From positions 1-18,986 of the forward strand of contig NW_021824226.1 in the NCBI RefSeq assembly GCF_006345805.1: a DNA stretch of 18,986 nt. The letters run 5' to 3'. The position numbers and the translations under genes were made by a program. Of this stretch, positions 1 to 9,092 are shown piece after piece. The notes under the pieces are model-generated. The model saw only the letters and a program-made list of their open reading frames with translations, did not search any database and was not told where the DNA came from. Source of the stretch: Octopus sinensis (lineage: Eukaryota). Position 1 is the stretch's first letter, and each line of letters begins with the position of its first letter.

Positions 1-277
1 AAGAGAGAAAGAGATTGTGTGTGTGCGAGTATCTATCATGTATGTATGTGTGTAAGTACGTAGTGCAGTAATGTAGGTTTCTATGGTTACCAAGCCTAGA
101 TCCCGAGGTTTATAGTCACAATACTGCAAGGCGTGTGTAAGTCAGAATCACGTCACCAGGCGGCGCGGGAATTCATGCTGGCTGCTTTCGCCGCGGCATT
201 CATTTAAGCTTGTTGTTTGAATTAGGGGCTTATTCAATAGGTATGTTTTTACGTTAGTCAGGGTGTCGTATCAGCTC

Positions 278-1312
278 TGTGTGTGTGTGTGTGTGTGTGC
301 GTAAGCGTGAGCGTGAAGGTGTGTGAGCGTGAGTGTGTATGAGTATGTGTGTGAACGTGTGTGTGTTTTAGCACGTGTGTTTTAGCGTGTGTGTGAGCGT
401 GTGTGCGTGTATCTGTGTGAGAGACAGAATGTGTGTGCATATGTTTGTGTGTGCGCGTGTATGTGTATGTATGGTGTTATGTTGTGTGTGTGTGTGTGTG
501 AACGTGTGTGTGTCTTAGCATGTGGGTTTCGCGTGTGTGTGAGCGTGTGTGCGTGTATCTGTGTGAGAGACAGAATGTGTGTGCATATGTTTGTGTGTGC
601 GCGTGTATGTGTATGTATGTATGTATGTGTGTGTGTGTGTGTGTGTGTGAACGTGTGTGTCTTAGCATGTGTGTTTTAGCGTGTGTGTGAGCGTGTGTGC
701 GTGTATCTGTGTGAGAGACAGAATGTGTGTGCATGTGTTTCTGTGTGTGCGCGTGTATGTGTATGTGTGTGTGTGTGAACGTGTGTGTGTCAGCGTGTGT
801 GTGTGAGCGTGTGTGCGTGAGCGTGAGCGTGTGTGCGTGAGCGTGAGCGTGTATGTGTGTGTGTATGTGTGTGTGTGAACGTGTGTGTGTCAGCGTGTGT
901 GTGTGTCAGCGTGTAGGCGTGTATTTGTATGAGAGACAGAATGTGTGTGCACGAGTTTCTGTGTGTGTATGTATGTGTGTGTGTGTGTGTGTGAGCGTGA
1001 GGGTGCGTGAGCGTGAGTTGTATGTGTGTGTGTGCGTACGTGTGAGTGTGAACGTGTGTGTGTGTTTTAGCATGTGTGTGTGAGCGTGTGTGTGTGTATC
1101 TGTATGAGAGACAGAATGTGTATGCATGTGTTTGTGTGTGTGTATCTGTATGTGTATGTGTGTGTGTGTGTGAGAGCGTGAGCATGAACGTGAGGGTGCG
1201 TCAGCGTGAGCGTGTATGTGTGTGAACGTGTGTGTGTGTCAGCGTGTGTGTGTCAGCGTGTGTGTGTCAGCGTGTGTGCGTGTATCTGTAGGAGAGACAG
1301 AATGTGTGAGCG
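278..1312. repeat. (TG)n-derived minisatellite, 6 degenerate units
   Basis: Anchor GAGACAGAATGTGT recurs at 421, 567, 715, 933, 1108 and 1294 (spacing ~146-218 bp) within (TG)n/(GCGTGA)n sequence. Confidence 0.9.
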
Positions 1313-1334
1313 GTTAATGTGAATGCACACTTCA

Positions 1335-1740
1335 TATGTGTGCGCGTGTATGTGTATGTGTGTGTGTATGTGAGAGAGTGAGAGAGAGAGAGAGAGAGAG
1401 ATTTATGTGTGCGTGTGAGCATTATATTCCCGTGTCCCTGTGAGTTATGTGTGCATGTGTGACAAAGCAAGTGTGTGTATGTATATACATTGTTATACAT
1501 GAGAAGAACGTATGTGTGGAAAGAAGTGTGTGTGTGTGTGTGCAAGTTTCTCTGTATATATTTCTTTTTGCGTTTTTCTTTGTATATATTTCCCTAGTAT
1601 ATGTGTGTGTGTGTGCATATGTGTGTGCGTGCATGTGTATGTGTGTGTGTACGAGTAAGTAAGTGTATGAGTGAGAATGGATGTACATTTTTTATTTTTA
1701 TATACGAGAAGAAAGTAACAGAGGGTGTGTATGTCTATGT
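1335..1740. repeat. TG/GA/TA low-complexity tract
   Basis: Interrupted (TG)n, (GA)n at ~1373-1400, and TA-rich runs. Confidence 0.8.
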
Positions 1741-1780
1741 TTATGTCTGGGTGTTTGTATGAATTAGAACGCATGGCCTG

Positions 1781-1971
1781 AGGACAAGCAAGGATAGACA
1801 AACAGATTAAGTCGATTTCATCGACCCCAGTGCGTGACTGGTATCTGTATGAGAGACAGAATGTGTATGCAAAAATCGACCTCGGCGGAATTTGAACTCA
1901 GAACGTAAAGGCAGACGAAATACTGCTACGCATTTCGCCCGGCGTACTAACGTTTCTGCCAGCTCGCCGCC
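1781..1971 (-). mobile_element. tRNA-derived SINE family B, 3'-truncated, with an internal foreign patch
   Basis: Minus strand starts GGCGGCGAGCTGGCAGAAACGTTAG (A-box-like) and carries GAGTTCAAATTCC (B-box-like). It aligns with copies at 3418-3810, 4843-5076 and 10061-10314 except at 1844-1868. Confidence 0.9.
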
Positions 1972-1972
1972 T

Positions 1973-2027
<55 letters not shown>
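1973..2027. repeat. (TAG)n microsatellite
   Basis: About 18 perfect TAG units. Confidence 0.97.
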
Positions 2028-2028
<1 letters not shown>

Positions 2029-2182
2029 ATAGGCTCGGTCCCAATGAAACTTCAAAACTTCTTTAGACAACTGGAAATCCCATGCAAGATTGATGTCTTG
2101 CAAAAAGCAGCCTTATTGGGCACAGCGCACATCTTAAAGAAATTATCATCTGTCTGAGGTCCTTGTTGTGATTTGAGAGATG
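2026..2182 (+). mobile_element. 3' fragment of a probable R4/Dong-type (RLE-endonuclease) non-LTR retrotransposon
   Basis: Frame from 2026 reads VIGSVPMKLQNFFRQLEIPCKIDVLQKAALLGTAHILKKLSSV*, stop at 2155-2157. LQKAALLGTAHIL matches the C-terminus I recall for R4/Dong ORFs. A short 3' UTR follows. Confidence 0.7.
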
Positions 2183-2196
2183 ACTAAAGACTCCGG

Positions 2197-2446
2197 TGGA
2201 GGCGCGTGTGTTAGTGGTTGGGGTGTTGAACTCATGATCGTATGGTTGGGGTTTCGATTCCTGGACCAGGCGATGCGTTGTGTTCTTGAGCAAAACGCTT
2301 CATTTTCACGTTGCTCCAGTCCACTCAACTGGCAAAAACAAGTAATCCTGCGATGGAACGGCGTCCCGTCCAGGTGGGGAATTTCTACGCCACTGAAACC
2401 GGGAAACCGGCCCCTATGAGCCTGGCATGGCTCGAAAAGGAAAGGA
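2197..2446 (+). mobile_element. tRNA-derived SINE family C, single diverged copy
   Basis: Head TGGAGGCGC..TTAGTGGTTGG and B-box GGTTTCGATTCC at 2250-2261. Body contains GTGTTCTTGAGCAA and CCTGCGATGGA..GGCGTCCCGTCCAGG. Flanked by a 12/14 direct repeat, ACTAAAGACTCCGG (2183-2196) and ACTAAAGATTACGG (2447-2460), read as a TSD. Confidence 0.8.
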
Positions 2447-2482
2447 ACTAAAGATTACGGTGCATTTTTACCTACACCCTCT

Positions 2483-2891
2483 CTCTTTACTCTTTTACTC
2501 TTTTACATGTTTCAGTCATTTGATTGCGGCCATGCTGGAGCATCGCCTTTAGTCGAGAAAATCGACCCCGGGACTTATTCTTTGTAAGCCCAGTACTTAT
2601 TCTATCGGTCTCTTTTGCCGAACCGTGACGGGGACGTAAACACACCAGCATCGGTTGTCAAGCAATGCTAGGGGTACAAACACAGACACACAAACACATA
2701 CATACATATACATATATATACATATATACGACAGGCTTCTTTCAGTTTCCGTCTACCAAATCCACTCACAAGGCATTGGTCGGCCCGGGGCTATAGCAGA
2801 AGACACTTGCCCAAGATGCCACGCAGTGGGACTGAACCCGGAACCATGTGGTTGGTTAGCAAGCTACTTACCACACAGCCACTCCTGCGCC
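2483..2891 (-). mobile_element. tRNA-derived SINE family A, full length
   Basis: Minus strand starts GGCGCAGGAGTGGCTGTGTGG and contains GGTTCAGTCCC, CTTGGGCAAGT, an internal (TA/TG)n tract and a (GAGTAAAA)n tail. Highly similar to 8217-8611, 12366-12740 and 12975-13381. Confidence 0.95.
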
Positions 2892-2974
2892 TTGTGTTAC
2901 GAAGGAATAATAATAATAATAATAATAATTCTATTCCAATTTTGGAACCAGGCCAGCAATTTCAGACGAAGAGG

Positions 2975-3014
2975 TTAGTCGATAACTTTGACTTGTAATT
3001 TATTTTATCGACCC
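2975..3014 (-). mobile_element. degenerate SINE B-like fragment
   Basis: TTAGTCGATA...TATTTTATCGACCC resembles the B body; short and diverged. Confidence 0.4.
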
Positions 3015-3104
3015 AGTTAATATTACTAATAATCCGTCGTGAGAAAACGAAGCGTAGCAATAAGTTTACAAACCCGACAAGCCATTAGTCGTAAGAACGC
3101 GAAA

Positions 3105-3417
3105 AATCAATAACAACAACAACAACATCAACGAGAACAACAATGACAACAGCGGTAAGAACCGAACAAGAGCAATGATGACGAGAACAAGAACAACAAC
3201 ACGAACAAGAATTACATCAACACAACCGCCGTCGCTACCATCAACATTATCAGGGCCATAAACTAAGTGTTTGTCTTGTAATAAGCAAGGCGAACGACTA
3301 CGATGATCACCGCTACCACCACCACCATCAGCACCAACGCTGTCTAATCCACACTACCACCCATACCACCAGCAGTACAACTACCATAGCACTGCTACCA
3401 CAACGATCACCACCACC
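3105..3417. repeat. (CAA)/(CAC) low-complexity tract
   Basis: Degenerate CAA/GAA then CAC/CAT triplets. Confidence 0.75.
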
Positions 3418-3810
3418 TATTTCTTTACTACCCACTAGGGGCTAAACATAGAGGGGACAAACAAGGACAGACAAACGGATTAAGTCGATTATATCGACCC
3501 CAGTGCGTAACTGGTACTTATTTAATCGACCCCGGTGGAATTTGAACTCAGAACGTAACGGCAGACGAAATACTTATTTCTTTACTACCCACAAGGGGCT
3601 AAACACAGAGAGGACAAACAAGGACAGACAAATGGATTAAGTCGATTACGTCGACTCCAGTGCGTAACTGGTACTTAATTTTATCGACCCCGAAAGGATG
3701 AAAGGCAAAGTCGACCTCGGCGGAATTTGAACTCGGAACGTAGCGGCAGACGAAATACGGCTACGCATTTCGCCCGGCGTGCTAACGTTTCTGCCAGCTC
3801 GCCGCCTTGC
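3418..3810 (-). mobile_element. SINE B, one head plus two tandem bodies, with 14-bp TSD
   Basis: Head at ~3759-3806, body 1 at ~3572-3758, body 2 at ~3418-3571 with a ~27-bp deletion between TCGACC repeats. Identical CGATCACCACCACC at 3404-3417 and 3811-3824. Confidence 0.93.
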
Positions 3811-4110
3811 CGATCACCACCACCACCACCACCATCACCGCCGTTATATCACTAGCACCGCCACCACACTCCCCAGTATCGCCCCCATTGTACCGTCGAC
3901 AACCACGCCACCACACTACCCACACCAGTTTCATTCTACTACCACCGTCAGCAAACCATCAAGACCACTGCAATGCCACCACAACCACCAGCGTACCACC
4001 ATGCCATCAACACCGTCACCTTATCACGATCCCCACCATCACAACCATCACCACCACCACTATCATCACAATCTTCAGCACTGCCACCACCCCATTACGA
4101 CCTGTACCAA
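3811..4110. repeat. (CAC/CAT)n low-complexity tract
   Basis: Degenerate CAC/CAT triplets; source of the poly-His and poly-Thr ORFs. Confidence 0.8.
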
Positions 4111-4303
4111 CACACTATATATGTCTATCTGCCATATTGTCTGTCTGTATGTCAGTCCATGGATAAATTATTACCTTAGCTCTGGTTTTCCAATTATTTG
4201 TTTCGGCTCCTCCTTGGGTGGGGGAGTCCAATGAAAACTGACCTCTTTCTCGCTATGTCTTTATATTTTGGTTAGTGAGTAGTGGTGTCACCTGTCAATA
4301 AAA

Positions 4304-4418
4304 TTACAACTGTTTGTAGCAGATGGCGCCCCTGACCGCCAAACTCTGACCCTTCCATAAAAAGCGAAAGAGCTTGTGTTCCAATTTTGGCTGGTTGTTT
4401 CCTGGGAGAAGGCATTAC
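4304..4418 (-). mobile_element. L1/Tx1-clade LINE ORF2 relic, post-RT region
   Basis: Minus strand reads VMPSPRKQPAK-[frameshift]-LEHKLFRFLWKGQSLAVRGAICYKQL*. It aligns with the relic at 13382 (VVPCPRYCLTSLERP/FKFLWRGRAHVIRRSICCEYP) and with the L1/Tx1 FLW.G motif. Confidence 0.7.
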
Positions 4419-4833
4419 ATATTTCTTTACTACCCACAAGGGGCTAAACACAGAGGGGACAAACAAGGACAGACAAACGGATTAAGTCAATTACATCGAC
4501 CCAATGCGTAACTGGTACTTAATTTATCGACCCCGAAAGGATGAAAAGCAAAGTCGACCTCGGTGGAATTTGAACTCAGAACGTAGCGGCAGATGAAATA
4601 CCTATTTCTTTACTACCCACAAGGAGCTAAACACAGAGGGGGCAAACAAGGACAGACAAACGGATTAAGTCGATTACATCGACACCAGTGCGTAACTGGT
4701 ACTTAATTTATCGAACCCGAAAGGATGAAAGGCAAAGTCGACCTCGGCGGAATTTGAACTCAGAACGTAACGGCAGACGAAATACAGTTAAGCATTTCTC
4801 CCGGCTCGTTAGCGTTTCAACCAGCTCGCCGCC
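4419..4833 (-). mobile_element. SINE B, one head plus two tandem bodies
   Basis: Head ends GCCGCC at 4833; bodies at ~4600-4785 and ~4419-4599, joined at GAAATAGGTATTTC on the minus strand. Confidence 0.93.
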
Positions 4834-4842
4834 TTAAGGGAG

Positions 4843-5076
4843 AAGACGAGCTGGCAGAAACGTTAGCACGCCGGGAAAAATGCGTAACCGTATTTCGTCT
4901 GCCGTTACGTTGTGAGTTCAAATTCCGCCGAGGTCGACTTTGCCTTTCATCCTTTCGGGGTCGATTAAATAAGTACCAGTTACGCACTGGGGTCGATATA
5001 ATCGACTTAATCCCTTTGTCTGTCCTTGTTTGTCCTGTCTGTGTTTAGCCTCTTGTGAGTAGTAAAGAAATAGGTA
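4843..5076 (+). mobile_element. SINE B monomer
   Basis: GACGAGCTGGCAGAAACGTTAGC...GAGTTCAAATTCCGCCGAGGTCGAC...GTAAAGAAATAGGTA. Confidence 0.93.
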
Positions 5077-5082
5077 TATCGT

Positions 5083-5405
5083 GTTATTAGCAGTTTTTCG
5101 TGTCCGAAATTTCCGAGGAAAAGCAGCAAGCCCTTAAGTGGCTATGTAAACGAATCCTCGAATAACAGGTTCTAGAGCACTTGAGGACAAATATGTAGTG
5201 CTTGGTGAAATGAAGATCGTGACGAAGGTTCTTTCCTTTGGTGTTTCTCATCAGCTGCAGCCGCTCTGACATTCTCAAAATGGCATGCAAAAGTCTCAAT
5301 AGAGTCTCACTACACCTTCCTCTCTGTTGTGACTCCCTCTCATCTTGTGATGTCTATCCCTACCCATATGAGCTGGAGTTTCAGCTGATCTTTGAAACGC
5401 TTCCT
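5083..5405 (-). mobile_element. RTE-clade (BovB-like) LINE 3' relic
   Basis: Minus strand reads RKRFKDQLKLQL..GID..(stops)..FENVRAAAADEKHQRKE..ICP-[frameshift]-KCSRTCYSRIRLHSHLRAC. This is the RFKD.LK motif plus the terminal CxxC..SRIGLxSHxRxC-type motif of RTE ORFs. Multiple stops. Confidence 0.8.
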
Positions 5406-5505
5406 GATGTGTGTGTATGTGTGCTTGTGTGTGTGTGTGTGTGTGTGTGTGTTTGTGTGTGTTTGAACGCGCAACGTGTTTGTGTGTGCGCGTCTGTGTG
5501 TGTAT
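5406..5505. repeat. (TG)n microsatellite
   Basis: Interrupted TG run. Confidence 0.9.
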
Positions 5506-5600
5506 TTATTTATTTTTTATTTAATATATACAACTATCAAAAAGTATTAAAAAGTTTAATATAAGATAAAAAGTAAAACCACTACGTACGTTTCATGCCC

Positions 5601-5658
5601 ATAACCTAATTCGAATTACAATAATTTGAATTCAATTAATAATTCGAATTATGGTTAT
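5601..5658. other. compound palindrome
   Basis: ATAACC-TAATTCGAATTA (5601-5618), central TTGAATTCAA (5626-5635), TAATTCGAATTA-T-GGTTAT (5640-5658). Confidence 0.7.
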
Positions 5659-5667
5659 AGCCAATCT

Positions 5668-5673
<6 letters not shown>

Positions 5674-5710
<37 letters not shown>

Positions 5711-5722
5711 TATATATATATA

Positions 5723-5753
<31 letters not shown>

Positions 5754-5885
5754 TTGTAAGTGATAGAAATAGAAAGAGTGAGGAGACGAGAGAAATTGAG
5801 AGTGATAGAAATAGATAGAAAGAGAGAGAAAAAATGAGAGAGAGAGAAAGTGATAGAACAGACATATAATAGCTAAGGAGAGAGG

Positions 5886-5917
<32 letters not shown>

Positions 5918-5932
5918 GTAGATAGATAGATA

Positions 5933-5982
<50 letters not shown>

Positions 5983-5985
5983 TGA
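5674..5985. repeat. compound microsatellite (TA)n-(GA)n-(GACA)n-(GATA)n
   Basis: Directly visible successive runs. Confidence 0.95.
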
Positions 5986-6499
5986 TGAACAAGGAGACTC
6001 AAATGAATAAATAGATCGATAGAAGCTGATGAAAATGTGACCCAATAGAAATCGAAGAACTAAAGATTAGCAACAATGACACAAAGCAACAAAGAAATAA
6101 TGAAAAATCTGTGAGGCAACAACTACAAGTGGAAGAAGAATGTAGAAAGAAAAAAAACAAGATGGGGGAGTGCAGCACCCATTCCCCGGCTCTCTACTTC
6201 CATAAAAGGGAATAAAAAAACAATGGAAAGAAGGAAGGAAGAAAGATAAAAGATGAAAATAAATATCTGTAAAAAAATTTTTTTTTAAATATAAAAACAA
6301 CAACAACAATCTATGAACTGAGAAACTTAGGGAAGAAATGAAGTAAGAACAAAAAAAAAAGTAAATATAACAAAAAGAATAAAAAAGCTACACAACAAAA
6401 ACAACGACAACAAATATAAGATTAACAATAACAACAAGCAAACATTTAGAAAATATTTAAAAAATGGAGAAATGTTAGCACAAGTATGTAATACAGTTA

Positions 6500-6561
6500 C
6501 ATATATATATATGTATATATATATATGTATATATATATATATTATATATATATATAATATA

Positions 6562-6604
<43 letters not shown>

Positions 6605-6744
6605 GTATGTATATATGTATATATATAATATGTATATATATATATATATATGTATGTATATATGTATGTATATATGTATGTATATATTATGTGTGTATAT
6701 ATATATATATTATATATATTACATATATATATATATATATATAT

Positions 6745-6786
<42 letters not shown>

Positions 6787-6797
6787 CATACATATAT

Positions 6798-6866
<69 letters not shown>
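6500..6866. repeat. long interrupted (TA)n
   Basis: About 370 bp of near-pure TA with TATG interruptions. Confidence 0.95.
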
Positions 6867-7199
6867 TGAAATAAAAAGCGTTTGTCATGAAGTGTGGAAA
6901 TGTCACGCAGGTAATTCACCCACTTCGATTGTTTCAAGGGTGTAAGCGTTGCATTATCTGCCTTTGCTTTATATATTTTGTAAGGGCGAGGAAGAAGGAA
7001 GGGGGTTTCTATTTTTTTGTTGGAGATTATTGTTTTTTTTTTGTTTCTGTCACATTTTATTCGATTATTTTGTTTTTATATTTGTATATGTTATTTCTTG
7101 GTCTTTGTTGTTTTTATTATTGAGGGTTATTTTGGTTGCTTTTTCAATATTTTTTTTTTCTGTGACTTTCCTCCTTTCAGGCTTAAACGAAGGAAGTAG

Positions 7200-7563
7200 A
7201 GAGTGATAGGTGGGTAGATAGAAAGATAGATAGACAGATAGATTGATAGATAGATGAACAGACTAATACATAGATTGACAGGTAGATAGATAGGTAATCA
7301 AGTAGATAGATAAGTAAGGCAGGTAGACAGACAAAAAGAGAGAGAGACAGACAAACAGATAGGTACGTAGATAGACAGATAGACAGACAGACAAAAACTA
7401 ATACATAGAAAGATGGATAAATATAGATACGAAAGATAGAAAGACAAACAACCAGGCAAAGAGATAGATAGATAGCTATATATATATATATATACACATA
7501 TGTATATGTATGTATGTATATATATATATGTATATAATATATATATATATGTATATATATATA

Positions 7564-7603
<40 letters not shown>

Positions 7604-7905
7604 CATAAATGTATATATAGATATAGATATAGATAGATAGATAGATAGATAGACGAATACATAGATATATAGATGGATGGATAGGTAGGCAGAGAAGCAA
7701 ACTGATAGATAGGTAGGTAGATAGATAAACAAAACCCCAAAAAAACAAAAAGGAAAGAAGAAATGAAAGGAAGGCAGGAAGGAAGGAAGAGGAAACGGTA
7801 AAAAAAAGACATAGAAAGTGGGAGCAAGAAGAGGAAAGGAAAGAAAAACCACAATTAAATAAATGAAAAGATGAGATCTGAAAGTAAACAAATTCAATCA
7901 GAGAT
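7200..7905. repeat. (GATA)/(GACA)/(TA)n and purine-rich low complexity
   Basis: Visible tetranucleotide and dinucleotide runs, then a GAA/GGAA-rich tract. Confidence 0.85.
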
Positions 7906-8043
7906 ATAAAATAGGAAAGTCAAACTACCTTTCCACCAGTTGCAAATTGTTTCAGCGCCATTTTTTTTTCTCTATGCCACGCAATACGATGTTTCCCATA
8001 GAACGCCATAATTATATTTGCGAGACGATTCTTGTCATTTTAA

Positions 8044-8663
8044 CCCTTTAGCATTGAAACCGGCCATATCCGTCCAAAAGTATTCTGCCAGTTTTATGGT
8101 CAAACTGGCCAGATCTGGTCTCTCACACCAACCCTACAATGTCGTTTTAAAAATTAACAGCTACCTCATCAAAATCTCATAGCACCAAGATAATGCCTGA
8201 TTAGTTCAAGGCAATACTCTTTTTTTCTCTTTTACTTGTTTCAGTCATTTGACTGCGGCCATGCTGGAGCACCGCCTTTAGTCGAGCAAATCGACCCCGG
8301 GACTTATTCTTCGTAAGCCCAGTACTTATTCTATCGGTCTCTTTTGCCGAACCGCTAAGTTACGGGGACGTAAACACACCAGCATCGGTTGTCAGTCAAT
8401 GCTAGGGGGACAAACACAGACACACAAACACATACATATACATATATATGACAGGCTTCTTTCAGTTTCCGTCTACCAAATCCACTCACAAGGCATTGGT
8501 CGACCCGGGGCTATAGCAGAAGACACTTGCCCAAGATGCCACGCAGTGGGACTGAACCCGGAACCATGTGGTTGGTTAGCAAGCTACTTACCACACAGCC
8601 ACTCCTGCGCCTATGTGGATAAAAAAGGATTAATTTCGGCAGAATAATGCGAACACTAAAGGG
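8044..8663. mobile_element. piggyBac-like non-autonomous DNA transposon (MITE), interrupted by SINE A
   Basis: TTAA (8040-8043) + CCCTTTAGCATT ... AACACTAAAGGG + TTAA (8664-8667). TIRs match 10/12 and start CCC, with TTAA on both sides. About 225 bp once the SINE is removed; no ORF. Confidence 0.8.
8217..8611 (-). mobile_element. SINE A, full length, nested in the MITE
   Basis: Near-identical to 2483-2891. Confidence 0.95.
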
Positions 8664-8989
8664 TTAAACTAGCTCTCGACGGATTGTAACCGATTTTGAG
8701 TATGTGCAGAGGGAAGTGCTTCAACCCGGTGAATTTGTCAAAAAGGTGGGCGACTGTAACGAAAATGTATGTGGTGAATGCGTCTGTAGATTGGCGAATG
8801 GATAGACGAAGGATTGTGTTCTTGTTGGTCAGAGTGATCCCAGAATGATTAGCGTCTGACAAAGTCCATCCCCTCCTCACCGTGGTGGGGACGCTGGCAA
8901 CGGGTAATGTCAGAGCTATTCCTGGTAGGGCCACCCAAGGCGGATTGGTCTGACACCGAGTGGTATTAGGGCCACAACCTGGCAGACGG

Positions 8990-9091
8990 GGCGGCGAGCT
9001 GGCAGAATCGTTTGCTCAGCGGATAAAATGCTTAACGGCATTTCTTCCTGCTCTTTACGCTCTGAGTTCAAGCTCCGCCGAGGTCTTGACT
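8990..9091 (+). mobile_element. old SINE B head, 3'-truncated
   Basis: GGCGGCGAGCTGGCAGAATCG...CTGAGTTCAAGCTCCGCCGAGGTC; diverged. Confidence 0.8.
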
Positions 9092-9092
9092 G

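Noticed and set aside
258-1801. Many HT/CV-rich ORFs
   Set aside because: Translations of (TG/CA)n; open in several frames on both strands, with no domain content.
2655-2978. Recurring ORF peptide DRLLSVSVYQIHSQGIGRPGAIAEDTCPRCHAVGLNPEPCG (also 8399, 12537, 12955)
   Set aside because: Antisense reading of SINE A; the recurrence reflects SINE copies, not a gene family.
6900-6960. CAG|GTAATT donor-like sites (also ~10520) and AAG|GTAACT (18021, 18256)
   Set aside because: No upstream acceptor or recognisable coding exon; such matches are expected by chance.
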